A DNA stretch of 56,482 nucleotides, counting the filler, from Dugesia japonica (lineage: Eukaryota), in NCBI GenBank assembly GCA_001938525.1. It is 5 parts of 5 records of this genome, joined end to end, with 100 filler letters (N's around TTAATTAATTAA, not from the genome) between each part and the next. Parts side by side here need not be neighbours in the genome. Positions count along the whole stretch, not along the records: positions 24,694 to 37,334 come from MQRL01614009.1; positions 37,435 to 46,774 come from MQRL01623781.1; 3 more parts are not named here. One strand, given 5' to 3'. The translations under genes were made by a program, and so were the position numbers. This document shows, piece by piece, positions 32,771-46,874 of this stretch (position 1 is the first letter of the stretch; the number at the start of each line of letters is the position of its first letter). The notes under the pieces were generated by a model. It did not search any database. It was given only the letters and a program-made list of their open reading frames with translations, and was not told the origin of the DNA.

Positions 32771-35700
32771 AATTAAACTTTATTTGATTGTTTACTTTTC
32801 AAATATTGTCTTTCAAAATTTTTTTTATTTGCAACTAGGTCTTATTATTTATTCTTGTTAATTATTTTTCTTATTAAAGCTATAAATTCTACAATATCTA
32901 AAACTTGATTAATTGAAATTAAACCCTTAAGAATAAAGAAAGATTTGAGTACAAGAAATTGAAAATATTAAAATAATAATAATAAAAACAACATTTAAGT
33001 AAAATGTAAACAGAATTTAGAAAATCGATGGAATAGCAAGATCGAATAAAGAAAATTAATGCAAAAACATCTCGATCGAGTGAATCAGTTCTAAGTGGTT
33101 ACATGAAGTTCTTACAAAAGATGTGTACAGATTGACAATCAAACTGGAATATGCTATATAAATCAATAATAAGTACCTAGCTCGTTACAAATGAAATATA
33201 ATGAAATGGTCGTAGTAAGAAAAGGAAACATAAAGCAGTAACCATAGAGGAAGAATCCCATATGCAAAGCCTTACGAATATTTACCTGCTCTGGAAGACA
33301 ATTGATCGACTCTATTCTGAAAACCCGACCAATGACATTGGATCACAATTCTTGTATTTTTATTAGGATCAAATAACTTCTAGAAACTTGATTAATAAAT
33401 GAAACTTCTACATAATAAACATTTGAAACCAGTCTAGAAAATCGGGCAAATTTCAAGGTTTCCCAGTATAAAAAATCCAAATATAAAATCGAAATGATCA
33501 TAATATTTTCAAGACCCAAGATAGAGAATGTCAAGAATCAAGCATTCAAAATCTGCCATGAGAATGGAAAATGTGTTTTTAAACAATCAGAAACCACAAC
33601 AAATTTAGAATCAACGAGATTCTAAAATAACCGAAGTATTTTAAAATAATTAATGAAGTTATGCTGGGCTAAATTATTTGGTAGTTGTCAGTCCATAGGA
33701 AGCTCTATCCGAATTGTATTGACTATCGATCGATGATGTGGAAAAACCAGAAGAGAAATGTGGGTATTATTCTTGATAAAATTTTCTTAAGTTTTATTTT
33801 GAATAATAAATTAAAGGTGTTACACTTGATATGAAATTATCAAATAATACTTATGAAGAATAAACAAATATTACTTTTGATAAAACTTTCCGGTNNNNNN
33901 NNNNNNNNNNNAAATGTAATTAAATTAGTATAGGTATAATTTTGATGTTTCTTACTGTAATGATATCACCGTACATTGTGCTTATAAGAAAGAATCTACT
34001 TTACATATTATAATGCCTCGGTGCTTGTGATAACGATGACCATATACTGTCTAAAGATGGTAGTCCTTATGTATATCTCATGGTTTTCAGTAATCATGTC
34101 ACTTCATAATCAATTTTGAATAATAACTTAAATGGAATAATTGTGAGTAATAATGAAGTGATTACTTCAAGTAGCAATTAAAAGTAAGAACAGTGACAAA
34201 AGTTCAAGTAATAGATGTACTATGTATATTGGGTAATCGTAAATTCGTCGGTTTAATAGTTGGATTTTCATTCATTTTAGAAACATAAAATGTATGTGTG
34301 TTGTAGCATGGTCAGCCTTCAAGCTCTCAATTATGATCAAGTTTTTAGTTAAATAAAGCCCACAATTAAGAGTAACATAAATGAAGTCTACTAACTGAGG
34401 GTCCCGCCTAAATGTGTAAATCCCTCTCTAAAATAGAAATAAAGGAATTTTTATTTGTCAGTTGTCAGCAGGTGGAAATGAATTCTGAGATTTCGATATA
34501 CAGAAATTAATTTTAAGAAAATTTTTCTTCGTGAACTTTAAAGACAGATTTCTTGGGTGTCTTAATTAAACTATTATCTTATGTAAATTTTTTTTTAGAA
34601 TACAATTTATAAGAAAAAATCTGTTAATTTTTTTACTTTATTGATTATTTAAATATTATGGACAATATTGATTTTTTTNAATATTTCGATTTGTTTGATT
34701 TATCTCTTATAATTTCTAGAGAATTATTACAGAATTAAATTTTTTTTCTGGATCGATTCAAGTATGATGTTTATAACTGAAATAATTAGACATTCAGTGA
34801 GAAATTTCTTTCTTGAATTTATAGAATCTCCTAGATGTTAAATTAGATTAATTGCATGAAATAAAATTTTTAGAAATATGAAAAGATTAATTAATTTAAT
34901 TTTTAATATTTATAAATTTCTTTTGTAGCTTTTATAAAATACATTTCATAAAATATAACTTTATATTTTGAAGTTTTGATTAATTCTCCGTAACTTTTCT
35001 TAAGCAAATTAGAATAGGAATTTAGGTCTGTATAAATCACCACTAATGATAAGGTTAGCTGAAAGTGGTCGATGAGGTTAAACGTTTAACAAAGTAAAGA
35101 AATCTAAATATAATACAATGTTAATAACAACTAAATTATAGATGAAACCATTTCACAGTGGACATCTATTGCCTTGGAGTAAAAAATTGGTATAATTAAA
35201 GGTGAAAAAATCAGAGTTGAGAGACAGATAAATGAAATGATTTCTTAGAAGTTGCTAAAATAATTAATAGCTAGGTAACAGCTATCGAAATAAAATGATA
35301 TCAGAAAATCTATTTTCTAATATAAAATTTAAAAACATCAAACAAAAAACCAATACAGTAATATAATTAACTTTTATTGATGAGAAATATAGGAAATTCA
35401 TGCAGAATATAATACATAAATCAAAACTCAAAGTCAATTCGCGAATAAGATAAATTTCCGACAATAATCTTCTTCATGGAATCACTTTTTAAATTAAAAC
35501 AAATATAAATAATTCTAGAGTTTGTATCAAGCAAGAAATTAAAAAAAANNNNNNNNNNNNNNNNNNNNNNNNNNNNNNNNNNNNNNNNNNNNNNNNNNNN
35601 NNNNNATTATTCTAGTAATAAATTAACTAAATTCTAGTAATAGTGTAACTCCATAAAACTCTCTTAATTTAGCAACTCGGTTAGTTATCCTGAATAATTG

Positions 35701-37270
35701 TTTAAAACATTTGTTTAATAAAACCCTAAATATAGATTTAGAGAAATGAAATTGTTTTGTACTATTGTTTATGGTTATAATTTAAACAAACTTAATTAGA
35801 AAAATTTTGTTTTTAACACAAATAATTTATACTGGATAATAACATAGTAAATATCAGAACCAGTGATTAAAATTTACAATTTTTGTTGTAAGCACTTGAG
35901 TAAACTTCAGGAGTAAATTGATTTTAATATCCAGAAATCTGGGAATTAACAGTACTTTCTAAAACTACCAGCAACTACAAGTGTTTATCTGTAATGTTTG
36001 AAGAAATCGAAAGCAAAAAAATAGGTACTAGTACTATCCGATAATGAATCAACACAGAATAATTTCGTGTGATTGTAATAGATTTGTGTTTAATTATAAC
36101 AAAATTATTTTATAAATAAAATTCAAAAAACATATTTTTTGATCTTACAAATAAACTTCTACTATCAAACAGAAAAAATAAAAAATTTTTTTTTTCTTTT
36201 GATGAAAATCGGAATAATTTTTCGAAGAATTTCTTTCAAATATTTTTTCAAAATTATCCTTTGAAAATTAATTTACTCATTAATTAAAATTTAATTAAAT
36301 CTTGTTATCATTAAATAACTATTTATTTTTCATTTTACAAATTCAATGTTAATCGATAAATAGCTGCTTGTGTGTGTGCAAAAAAAATTTCAATTTAAAA
36401 ATATATTTAAGAAAAACATAAAATAAAAGTGCTCAAATAAAGCTAAATTATAAATAAATTTCAATATTTAAGAACGTTTTATTTTTATAAAAATCTCAAC
36501 ACCAACAAACATGTTGCATACATTTATTGAATCGAAAATAAAGGTCAAATTGAAAATTTTTAATAATTTAACAGAACACATATTTAAAAACAGATGATAA
36601 CTTTTATAATTCCTAACGCTGTCAGAGACGGCTTGTCTCACTTGAACCAATTATCGTCTTATATAAACAATAAACAAAGAAATGAGTCATTATTGTATAG
36701 TTTACTTACATAATCCACAGTCTCTATTGTTGATAATATTGATGTCAAACTCTACCACCCGATGGAAATCATTGTAAACAATAACCTGCTTTCAATAAGT
36801 TGGTTATTGCAAAATTAGGAAATGAATATCGTTCATTTCAAGCTGTGACCCGAAATTCTTTAGTTTTATATTTAATCGATAGAAATTGTATTATATCATT
36901 TCACAGAAGTCATTATAATAATTATTTCTAATTATTAATTAAAAATTGTTAATTATATAATAGTTATTTCTATTAAGCTTTTTTGTTAAAGATTTCTGCA
37001 TTTAAGAACGAAGGATTTTGTTTAATGATCGAGTACTCATTCCTTGTTCATCTACAATTTTTGAATCTTTTAGTTAAGAATGTGGAAATTTCATTTCTTG
37101 GTATCAGCAAAACAGTTTTTGCGATTGTATTGCTTTTCAACCAATTCCATGCTATTATTTAATTTTTAAACCATAGACAAACTAGATAAATTATAGCCAA
37201 ACATTGTTTCATGTGCATTTCAAGCTCATTAAAATCCCAAAATGTGAAATTTCCAAAAATAACCTCATTA

Positions 37271-37274
<4 letters not shown>

Positions 37275-37334
<60 letters not shown>
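37275..37334. repeat. (ATT)n microsatellite
   Basis: Direct read. Confidence 0.97.
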
Positions 37335-37434
37335 NNNNNNNNNNNNNNNNNNNNNNNNNNNNNNNNNNNNNNNNNNNNTTAATTAATTAANNNNNNNNNN
37401 NNNNNNNNNNNNNNNNNNNNNNNNNNNNNNNNNN

Positions 37435-37800
37435 CTGCAGATGAAGATAGAAGAAAAGATTGGAGTAACAGGATACCAGAGATTGAATACATGATGAATG
37501 CGACAAGGCAAAAGACATGGGAGATATCACCAGCAGAATTAGTATTTGCTAGGAGAATTCACAGAGAACAATGGTTTGACAGCAAAAAAGATAACAAGGA
37601 GTTAATGGAAAAAACACCTATAAAAAGACAATTTCAAGTGGAAGACGAAATATTGATTAAACTACAAACTAGAACAAAAGACAATGAAAGATACGCTGCT
37701 CCATACAAGATCACGGATAAGGTACATGAGAGAAGATATCGTATACGAGATACAAAGGGGAAAGAGCTAGAAAAAAACGTAGAAAAGCTTAAAAAATTTA
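37435..37800 (+). mobile_element. Ty3/gypsy integrase C-terminal fragment
   Basis: IPEIEYMMNATRQKTWEISPAELVFAR..RYAAPYKITDKVHERRY..KNVEKLKKF, homologous to 15100-15430. Confidence 0.85.
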
Positions 37801-39438
37801 GCCACCATTTTGAATGGGCTGGTAGCATTTTCATAAAAAATGAAAGTTTGCATTCCTATTTTACTTTTTAAATTTCCATATAAATCTGAAAACACTATTT
37901 TCATACTACTTGATCAGCGGGGTGAGAGAACTTATTTGAACATATGCAAACATATTTTCGATGAAACAATGTATACGCAGTTTTTGATGCTGATTTCAAT
38001 GGCGCTAATATATTTTAGTATAAATTATTATTTCATTATAATTATAGTAATCCAGTACACTACATCTCTACCTGTGAGAACAAAGTATTTTAAGAAATAG
38101 ATTATTTAAACACTGTATAGGCAGTTCTTAATTTCCGGAGGAATGGTATCAATTTCGAATTAATCCGATCAAAAATGGAAGCAGGGCAAATTTTTAGTCT
38201 TACATCTTTAATAACTTTTACTATCACGTTTGACTGGACTGAAGACTGCATCATGAGATCTTTCATGTTATTTCGAATCCAACAATACCATGAGGATAAA
38301 GTCAAATAAATTATCAAATTTGAACCTATAACAACCGTGTATATTTAGCCTCAATAAGCAAGCTCATTTGTCACACTAAATAAATTTTATTCAATAAGTA
38401 AACAAACAAAGAATTTCATTAATAGAATCTATTAGAAAACTTTTGGTGCGTCAAAATCGAAAAAGGTTTGGGAAACACTGATTACGTGAATTAAAAAGTA
38501 AGTTTAAAATGTTTGTATAAATATTAAAAAAATATGAATATACCACCTCATATAATGTAATCCTTCTTTATAAATATGGCACAATGGGCACTTTCTCAAT
38601 TTAGGAATATTGGCTTCATCCTCATTGTTATGGATAACTTTGAATTCATTTGTTGAATTTGCTAAAATATACTAATTATAAAAAGGAGTTTTTTACAAAT
38701 ATTTAATTTACATTTAGATATTTCATTTAGTTTTAACACAAATTTTGTCTGGGAGCACATAAAATAATTATACACGACGTCTAACTGTAATATAATATTG
38801 AAATTAAAAAGAATTGTTAAAATATTACGAATGAGATACGATCAGAGATTTTGAATTAGTGCATAAATAACGATTTGTTCATTTTGTAACATTTGCCTAA
38901 AAGATTATCAATTTCTCAGAAGTAAGCAGTAAGTTTAAGAAGTGAGTAGAATAATTTTTATTGAGAAGTTCTTCTAATAAAATATTTTTGGAATTTACCT
39001 TTTATAAGAGAAGCATAAAAAATTAGTATTTTAACACATTAAATTTTAACACATTATTATTTTTATTATTATTAAAATGTTTTTATAGATATGAACTTTC
39101 ACATCCTTATACAAACAATACAATTTAATAACCGTAGGAATTTTATTGGCATTATCTTTGATATTGTTATTGAAATGTTTTATATAAGGTGTGAAAGTCT
39201 GAGCCCGTGTGGACACTCAAGTATTGTCGTACATGTTGTTTATTATAATTCATTTTTCTATAAACACTTCATATAAATAACTAATATTATTATCGATTCA
39301 AAGATAATTTATGTCTCTACACAATAAGAATATATCAGTTATTCACGATGTAATAGAATTTATTCTATATGTGCTTTAAAGTATTATGAAAAATCGGCAA
39401 GGACTTTTAGATCAATGCGATACATTTATTTAACAATA

Positions 39439-41114
39439 CTAGAGTGCCCCATAAGTTGATTAGACTCTTTAATGACAACATTTAAAAAATCAAAAAATAT
39501 AAACATAACTAATATTCAAAAAACAATTCATTATGGTCTTTTGCCATCTTTCACTCAATTCTTAAATTCTGCGCCGATACCACATGGCTTCTTTAGAAAC
39601 GAAAAGTTCTCAAACCTCAGTTAAAACCTGCTGAATAATCTTGAAATGTCGGCTTTGAAAGAAATGCGCTATGAATCTGATCAAATAGTAATAAAAAGGT
39701 GCTAGGTTCGTGCTGAAGCCTGGATTGGGTAGAAGTTCAATGCCATCAAAGACTTAAACGTTTTGACGAGTGGTTCCAGCGACGAGTAGTGGTTTGTTGT
39801 TTTTCTACAGAAGAACTTGTCCATAGTTGACTAGAGAAGTGTAGCGTTCGGAGATAATTGCATTTATTTTTTCTAGTTCATCAGAGTAAAACTTTTCCGT
39901 AGTTCGTGTCCATCGGTGTGAGCAGTTTTGATAAGTAAGTTGAAATTTTTGTGCGATTGGTGATCTTATTTTTAAAATCTTTTGTTTAAAAGAGAGATTT
40001 AAATTATTGATGAAAAATTTAAATAAAGTATAAATTAAAATTATTGAATAATAAAGTTTAACTATTTAATAAATAAAATGTTTTCAAGTGGATCAAATTA
40101 ATTTTAATAAATAAAATTTTAAAAGCAGTTGAAATTTAGTTGTATATTTTTAAATGGAAATTAATGAAATAATTAAAATTTTAAAAGCAGTTAAAATTCA
40201 GTCGGAAATTTTTAAATGAAAATTAATGAAATAAATAAAATGTTAAAATTAATTTTAATAAATAAAAGTTTAAATTTTGTAAAAAAGATCACCAATTAAA
40301 ACACATGATTTTAATTTGTTTGATTATCAAATAATGTTGGTTATAGTTTTGATTTTAATAAATTGTTGTAATGAATTAGAATTTTGATATTGATGATACG
40401 ACGAGTTTTCCAAACTCAACTAACAATCTGGAACTCATTTAAATTGCAGGAAACCATCATAATTCCACACAGCACATAAAATAGATTTTTGATTAAACCA
40501 TTTCTGTTTAAAGACAGTTTTGTTAACTAACCATGGTCAAAAAACTACCTTCTTACATCAGAATTGTGATATACAATCCATTTTTCATTGCAGATGACAA
40601 TTTATTTGAGAAAACAGTCACCATAGAGATTTGTAAGAAGTTTTCAACACACCTTCACACCATGTTGTGCTAACGCAGGAATCAAATCATGGGATACAAC
40701 TCGACAACTACTGTTCGCTTTCACGAGGAAGATGAGATGACGTTATATGGATAATTTTGAAACCTTTAATTCATTTGTAATTGATATGTTCTAGTTCTCG
40801 GATTGACCTATACGGACTTGTGTAGGACTTCTGATTTCAGGGTTTTAGTCTTCCTGAAAGTGATTTATCACCAAGATTAATGTATCTGCTATTAAGCGTT
40901 TGAAACATATTGATACCGTAGCATGGGCAATAATTCTCTCGCCTTCTACGGCACAATTTTTGACGGCTGTTGCTCTTGAACTTAGTTCCTTTCTCCAAAG
41001 AGAACTAATTGAGTCTTAAAAAGCAATTTTTCTCTCTATTAGATTGATGAAAAACGTTTGAATACAAACATACATTTATTTATTAAGTGTCAACGAACTT
41101 ATGGGACATCCTAT
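39439..41114 (-). mobile_element. Full-length but decayed mariner-type element with both TIRs and TA TSD, interrupted by a MITE
   Basis: TIRs CTAGAGTGCCCCATAAGTT and (rc) ATAGGATGTCCCATAAGTT, each flanked by TA. Motifs VSHDL, IVICNEKWIVYHN, ILCAVWNYDG, ELSERWQK. About 1.3 kb once the insert is removed. Confidence 0.8.
39940..40315. mobile_element. AT-rich MITE-like insertion with inverted ends and a ~61-bp internal tandem repeat
   Basis: ATTGGTGATCTT ... AAGATCACCAAT ends; AAAATTTTAAAAGCAGTT...AAATTAATGAAATAA repeated at ~40110-40250. Confidence 0.6.
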
Positions 41115-41854
41115 TATTTTTGTATCTACTGACTTCAAATCATGTAGATTCTGCAATTTTAAGTTATGTGTCATGCAAGGAACATGAACAAAAATATGTC
41201 TTTCTAACTGCAAGATATACTTCGTGCATTATCAGTTACTGTGTCTTGAATTCATTTCCATAAAATTACAATTTAAAGTAAATAGTTCATATACTTAGGC
41301 AATATTACTTAAATAATGCCGTCTAGCAACATAAACAAAAATACAATTGGTATCAACACAGTGACTACAGATACCACTGTAAAGATATTTTATACTTATT
41401 ATAAATAATTATAAAAGTCATATGTTGCATAAGTAATATTTGATTGTGAGTTCAAATATATAGTAAGTTTTTTTAACAGGTCAATGTTTGTTTGTTGATT
41501 GAGGTATGTTGATTGCTCAAGTTACACATATATATTTATTCTTTCTTTTCTAGATTTTTTGTGAAAATATATTATTATGTTTAACAGTCTTTTAACCTGA
41601 CAATCACCTAAGAACATTTGCTTAATTCGTTTGTTCCCACTTCAAAAACATACGATCTTGGAGCAAATCTAGAAGAATATTTAGTAGAAATAGCAAGATT
41701 TTATGAACTAACAATGACACAAAGTTCTATTTAAAGAACATTTATCAAGCCATTTCTTAAGTCAGATGCGGTGAAAAAATATGAATCCGTGAATGATGAT
41801 ATACCAAAGCTTGAAGAACGAATGAACTTGTATTCTTTGAATAAGTCTCTTACT

Positions 41855-42665
41855 TACAAAAGATATTGTTGATGATGTTTTCCTTATTTTTGATAATTGT
41901 GAATATGTTTTGCTTTTCCAGAGTTTTATGAATTCGTTACATACTAATATTAAATTTACTGTAGAGGAGGAAATAAATGGTATTTTTCCTTTTTTGGATA
42001 TTTTAATTGAAAGAAAATCAACACATTATAAGACTGAAATCTACAGAAATAAAAGTGATACCCCAAATATTTTTTGTTATCCTGCTTATAAATGAAACAT
42101 GAGAAAGAGTTTAGTATTTCGTTCTTGGTCGTTTTCTTCAACTTATTCAAAATCCATTAAAAGTATGGAACGTTTATTAAAGTTACTGCAAGCAAATGGA
42201 TTTAAAAAATTATTTTTAAATTCATTGACTTTGCAAACAATTTTCAAAATATGTGTTGGTAATAATATTGATTTTGATAAAAAGACTGAAACTGTATTGA
42301 ATAATCCTGAACCTGATAACACTTTATCAAACTGTAATTTCAATTTTTAATATTTCATATCTAAAATTAAAATGTTTGAAAAAGCATCTTTGATTCTATA
42401 GGTAATAGTAATTTTAATAAAATATTATTAGATAAATTAATTTTTTTGAAAACAGTTGTTAAAAATTTAAGAATTAAGAATTAATAATAAAGAATTATAG
42501 TTTTTTATATTCATTATAATAGCATTAATCTTTGTTTAAATAATACAAACTGAATAAACTCAATTTTTTTATTTTTGTCTAATGATGACGGTTGATCCGT
42601 CAAAATATATAACAATAAAGTTTTATTTTAAATGGCGTTATTTATTTTTTATTAAATTTGCCACC
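41855..42665 (+). mobile_element. Penelope-like element fragment (RT C-terminal half plus pLTR)
   Basis: IVDDVFLIF..FMNSLHTNIKFTVEEEINGIFPFLDILI..TEIYRNKSDT..LLQANGF are PLE RT motifs; a hammerhead relic lies downstream. Confidence 0.85.
42575..42615 (+). ncRNA. Inactivated hammerhead ribozyme relic
   Basis: TTGT-CTAATGA-T-GACGG(TTGAT)CCGTC-AAAA-TATATA-ACAA: stems intact, but both core G residues read A (CTGA->CTAA, GAAA->AAAA). Confidence 0.6.
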
Positions 42666-45059
42666 GTTTATTGCATATTTACCTGATTTAATTGTTGATA
42701 ATAAAAGTATCTTTGTAAATAATAATAATTATAATTATAATAATAATAATTTCTCTGCTATTAATAATATATAAGTAAAGTTATAGCAAATATAATAGTC
42801 AGCTTATAATAAATTTAAAAATTAATGATATTGTTACATCATGATTTTTTTGATACTGGAGCTAAAATCAGTGCTATTAAATGTGAATTATTTAAAAGAA
42901 TAGGAAACTTTTCAATAACTAATTCTGATATAAATGTCAAATGTGAAAATAATAGTTCTTTAAAAATTGTAGGAAAATTATATTTAGATGTAAAGCTTAA
43001 TAAAAAAATCGAGAACATTTGTTTTTATGTTGCTAAAGAAAATTACTCGCCTGTTATTTTTGGAATACACCTATTGAATACATTTAATATAAAACTCACC
43101 ATCATTGAAATATATAATGAAGAATCTGTTAATTTAATTAAATTTAAACCCAAAATATTAGAAATTGAAAATATTAAAGATGAAATGAAATTGATAATTT
43201 TAAAAAAAATATGAAAGCATTATAATGAAACATAAATAGTATATTGGGAAAACTAACATTGGTAAACATGAAAAAATAACTAATAGTAAACCAATTGCAA
43301 TTAATCTTAGGCGCCNGCTTTATAATTTAATATATAAGATTGAGTAAAATATTAAAGAAATGAAAATAAATTGGATTATAAGTAAATGTAACTCACCTTG
43401 GAATGCTTTTCTGGTTTCGTAAAAAATGAAACAATAATAAAATAAAACTTCTTAGATTATAGGTTGCTAAATGAAGTTACAGAAAGACCAATTTGTCCTA
43501 TTCCAAACACTGATGAAATGATATGGGTATTTTATATGGAGTCAAATATTTTACCTGCATATCATGGTAATACGTACTATCAAGTAGAATTAACAGATGA
43601 TTCAAAATGTAAAACTGCTTTTTCGACAAAAGGTGCACAATATTATTTTAACAGATTGCTATTTGGAATTGCAGCTGCTCCTGCTATTTTTCAGAAATTG
43701 ATGAATACGGTTTTAGGTCGCCTAAACAAGATGATATTTTACCTAGTTGATATTTTAATTTTTTCCGAAACTATTAAATAACACTATAAGGGAATTGATG
43801 ATACTAAAAAACGTATAAAAGAAGCCCGTTTAAAAATAAGTTCATCTAAATGTCATTTCATGGGAAACGAGATAAAATTTCTAGATAATATTATTAATTC
43901 AAATTGAATTCATTCTAATAACGAAAAAATTGAAGCAATATTTTATTTTGAAACCCGAAAATGTGTTAAAATGTTAATTATTTTATGAAATTTATAAAAG
44001 ATTACACAAAGTATTCAAAATGTTTAGAAAAATATACTGGACAGATTAGTGCCAAAGTTCCTTTCACAATTTGAAGGCTAAACTAACAAAAGCTCCAGTT
44101 TTAGCCTTTCTGAATTTTTCTAAAAAATTAATATTGAATACTAATGTCAGCTTTGATAGTATAGGTGCAGTTTTAAGTCAAATTGATAACGATGGTAAAA
44201 AAAGATATTTTGCTTTTGGATCTAAAGCCATAAGTAAACACGAGCTGGATTATTACATAAGAAATTCCATTCATACAATATTACAAGATAAAACGAATAA
44301 AGATTAAATCCACGTTTGTTTCACAATTTATCAATTTTTTCTATAAGTATTCAAACTTTATTTTACTTTCAAGTTCTTAAATTTCTTTATTTTTGGTTTC
44401 CTTGACAGTTCATGTTTTAATATCATTAGTTTTCATGAAAGTTTGAGGTTTTACTTCTTTTGTATATATCTTGTAAATCTGAATTTAGGTCTTTCATTTG
44501 TAATTTAAACGTTGGAGTTGATATTTCACTTGAGATTTCTTTATCGAGTTCTGAACATTTGCCTTATTTATTCAGTAATTGAAACTCTTGTGATAATTCA
44601 ATTTACTTAATCACTTTATTAATCCTACATTAATAATCACTTTTTAAATATTTTCACACATTTGCATTGTCTTTATGATTCATTCATGATTTAAGTATTT
44701 TACAATCATTAGTAAATGTTGGAGATGATAACCGTTTATTATTATGATTTGAAAGTTTTTCATATCATAATCCTTACAAAATAATTTTCTTAATTTTCAT
44801 TATTTCAACACATTAATAGGCTACAAGAAAATAAACTTCGTCTAAGGAATTGTTTCTTAACGTGAGCGATAGAACGATCCAGGGAAGCGTGATCGATGTT
44901 GAGTCAAATTTAGAGGCGGTTAACACATAATGAAGATACGAGGATATTGATAACCCTTTCTTGCATATTTTATCTGTTAAGTAACCTTTTAAAACCCTAT
45001 TATAAAAATTAATGGACAAAATGCTTGTTCTAATCTATCGACAATCTATTCCGCCTACC

Positions 45060-45590
45060 AGGTCTTAAAAATTATGTATTGAAAACGATGAAGATTTTAA
45101 TAGATTGTTGCTTCATATAGAAAAGCATTGGTTGTCAAAAGGTGCTTGTTTAAATCGATTTCATAAACTCTTTAACTCAGTTCTTGAATTCCTAAAAAAT
45201 GGAACTAGTGGTTTGCGAGAAATATAAATTGAATCCAAAAATGATATAGCTTACTTGACAGACTTGTTTAATAGATTTAATGAAACAAATCTGAACCTTC
45301 AAGGAGATTACCTTAATTTAATAAAAACTAAAGCCGTCTTTTCTGCATTTGTAGCAAAAATGTTTCTATGCAAACAAAATTTTTGACGAAAGAAATTCAG
45401 CCAGTTTCCAAATTTACCAAGACTAGAAAAAAGTGATAATGACTTACTTATTTTCAGTAGTTGAATGTTCTCTATTCAGACTTAAGCCAATGATTTGAAA
45501 ATATTTTTAATATGAACATACATGATTAAGGTTTGAATCCGTTTTCGAGTGTTAACACGACAGAATTTTTAAAATTACAAGAATTAATGG
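45060..45590 (+). mobile_element. hAT Buster/Charlie-type transposase remnant
   Basis: ENDEDFNRLLLHIEKHWLSKGACLNRFHKLFNSVLEFL..DIAYLTDLFNRFNETNLNLQG..FSQFPNL. Confidence 0.85.
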
Positions 45591-46874
45591 AAGTTAAAAT
45601 ATTTTAACTAATTTGTTTTGATATATTAAATTTATCGTTAAAAAATTGTTGATGTCAATTTATCTTGAACACCATTCTCCAACCTTGTAACAATTGTCAA
45701 ACTTCTTCAAGCTCCCCCCATTTTGTTGACATAATATTAGTGCAATCAGAAATAATTAAACTAAACATTAACACATTAATACTTTATGCAATTAGAAAGA
45801 TTTAGAAATGGATTAATAATACATCTTCTTCACGATGTGAACTAGCCGAATTTTTATTTTTATCTATTTAATCCCGTAAAAGTAGATTTTTTTAAAAATT
45901 AAACAATAAAACAATTTATCTAAATAAAAATTAAATTTATTAAATCCATTTTTTTATGGGATGAAGTAAGTATTTAATTAAGCATAATTTCTTTTATAAG
46001 AGTTGGACATATAATACAACTTCAATTTAAAGAACATTGTATAGTTAACAATGATAATTACTATTTCCTCAATCATATGGATAATTTATTTAATTTCAAT
46101 GTTAAAATAAATGTTTTTATAAAGAATAAAGATATGAAAAATATTTTCAACGACATGTGTTTAAACTTCAAAAATTAAAATTAAAAAAATTTGAATAAAG
46201 TAAGGATAAATTTAATAAAATTAATAAATTTATTTTTATTGGCCATAAAAAATTTATATTTGATCAAGTAATTAAAATGTTTGTTAAAATGGAAGGAAAG
46301 AAATTATCGTCAGTAAAATTTCTTTTTAAAACTTAATGCATCATTCTTATAATTTCAAAATTTTTAACACATAATTATAAGATGTTATATTATAATTAGG
46401 GTAAAATTTGGCAACTTTTGCTACTTTGGATTTTACAATTGCAAAATTCATGAAATAAATGCAACTTTTACCGTAGGCGCCACTTTTTTATGATACTGCA
46501 ACTTTTCAGTTATTTAAATAATACTTAGCAATAGCTCATTGTCAATAACGTATAATTTATAAATTATCACGTTTGAAAAATTTTTTTATTAAATTTATTT
46601 AAATGCCCAAATTACCATCATAAATGACTTGAAAAGCTAGGAGTTACATAGCACAGTATCCAAAAGAATTTAAATTATCGCCATCCAACTATTTTTATTG
46701 TTTTATTTGTGTAAGTAGTTTCCTCAGAATCTTTTATTTTGTTATTCGTTTCCATAAAAATTAACACTTGAGTTNNNNNNNNNNNNNNNNNNNNNNNNNN
46801 NNNNNNNNNNNNNNNNNNTTAATTAATTAANNNNNNNNNNNNNNNNNNNNNNNNNNNNNNNNNNNNNNNNNNNN

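Larger units (their letters stand above)
41590..44260 (+). mobile_element. Decayed Ty3/gypsy gag-pol fragment (gag N-term, PR, RT, RH) interrupted by a Penelope-like insertion
   Basis: Gag YDLGANLEEYLVEIARFYEL; PR FFDTGAKISAI; RT KTAFSTKGAQYYFNRLLFGIAAAPAIFQ, YLVDILIFS; RH LTKAPVLAF..SFDSIGAVLSQ. Confidence 0.85.

Noticed and set aside
33000-34440. Possible gypsy 3' end and LTR
   Set aside because: Purine-rich tract before TG at ~33760, but no clear protein motif or partner LTR.
37275-37800. Gypsy fragments at 12.1 and 37.4 kb appearing next to ATT tracts
   Set aside because: Adjacency is across artificial spacers, so it was not counted as evidence of targeting.
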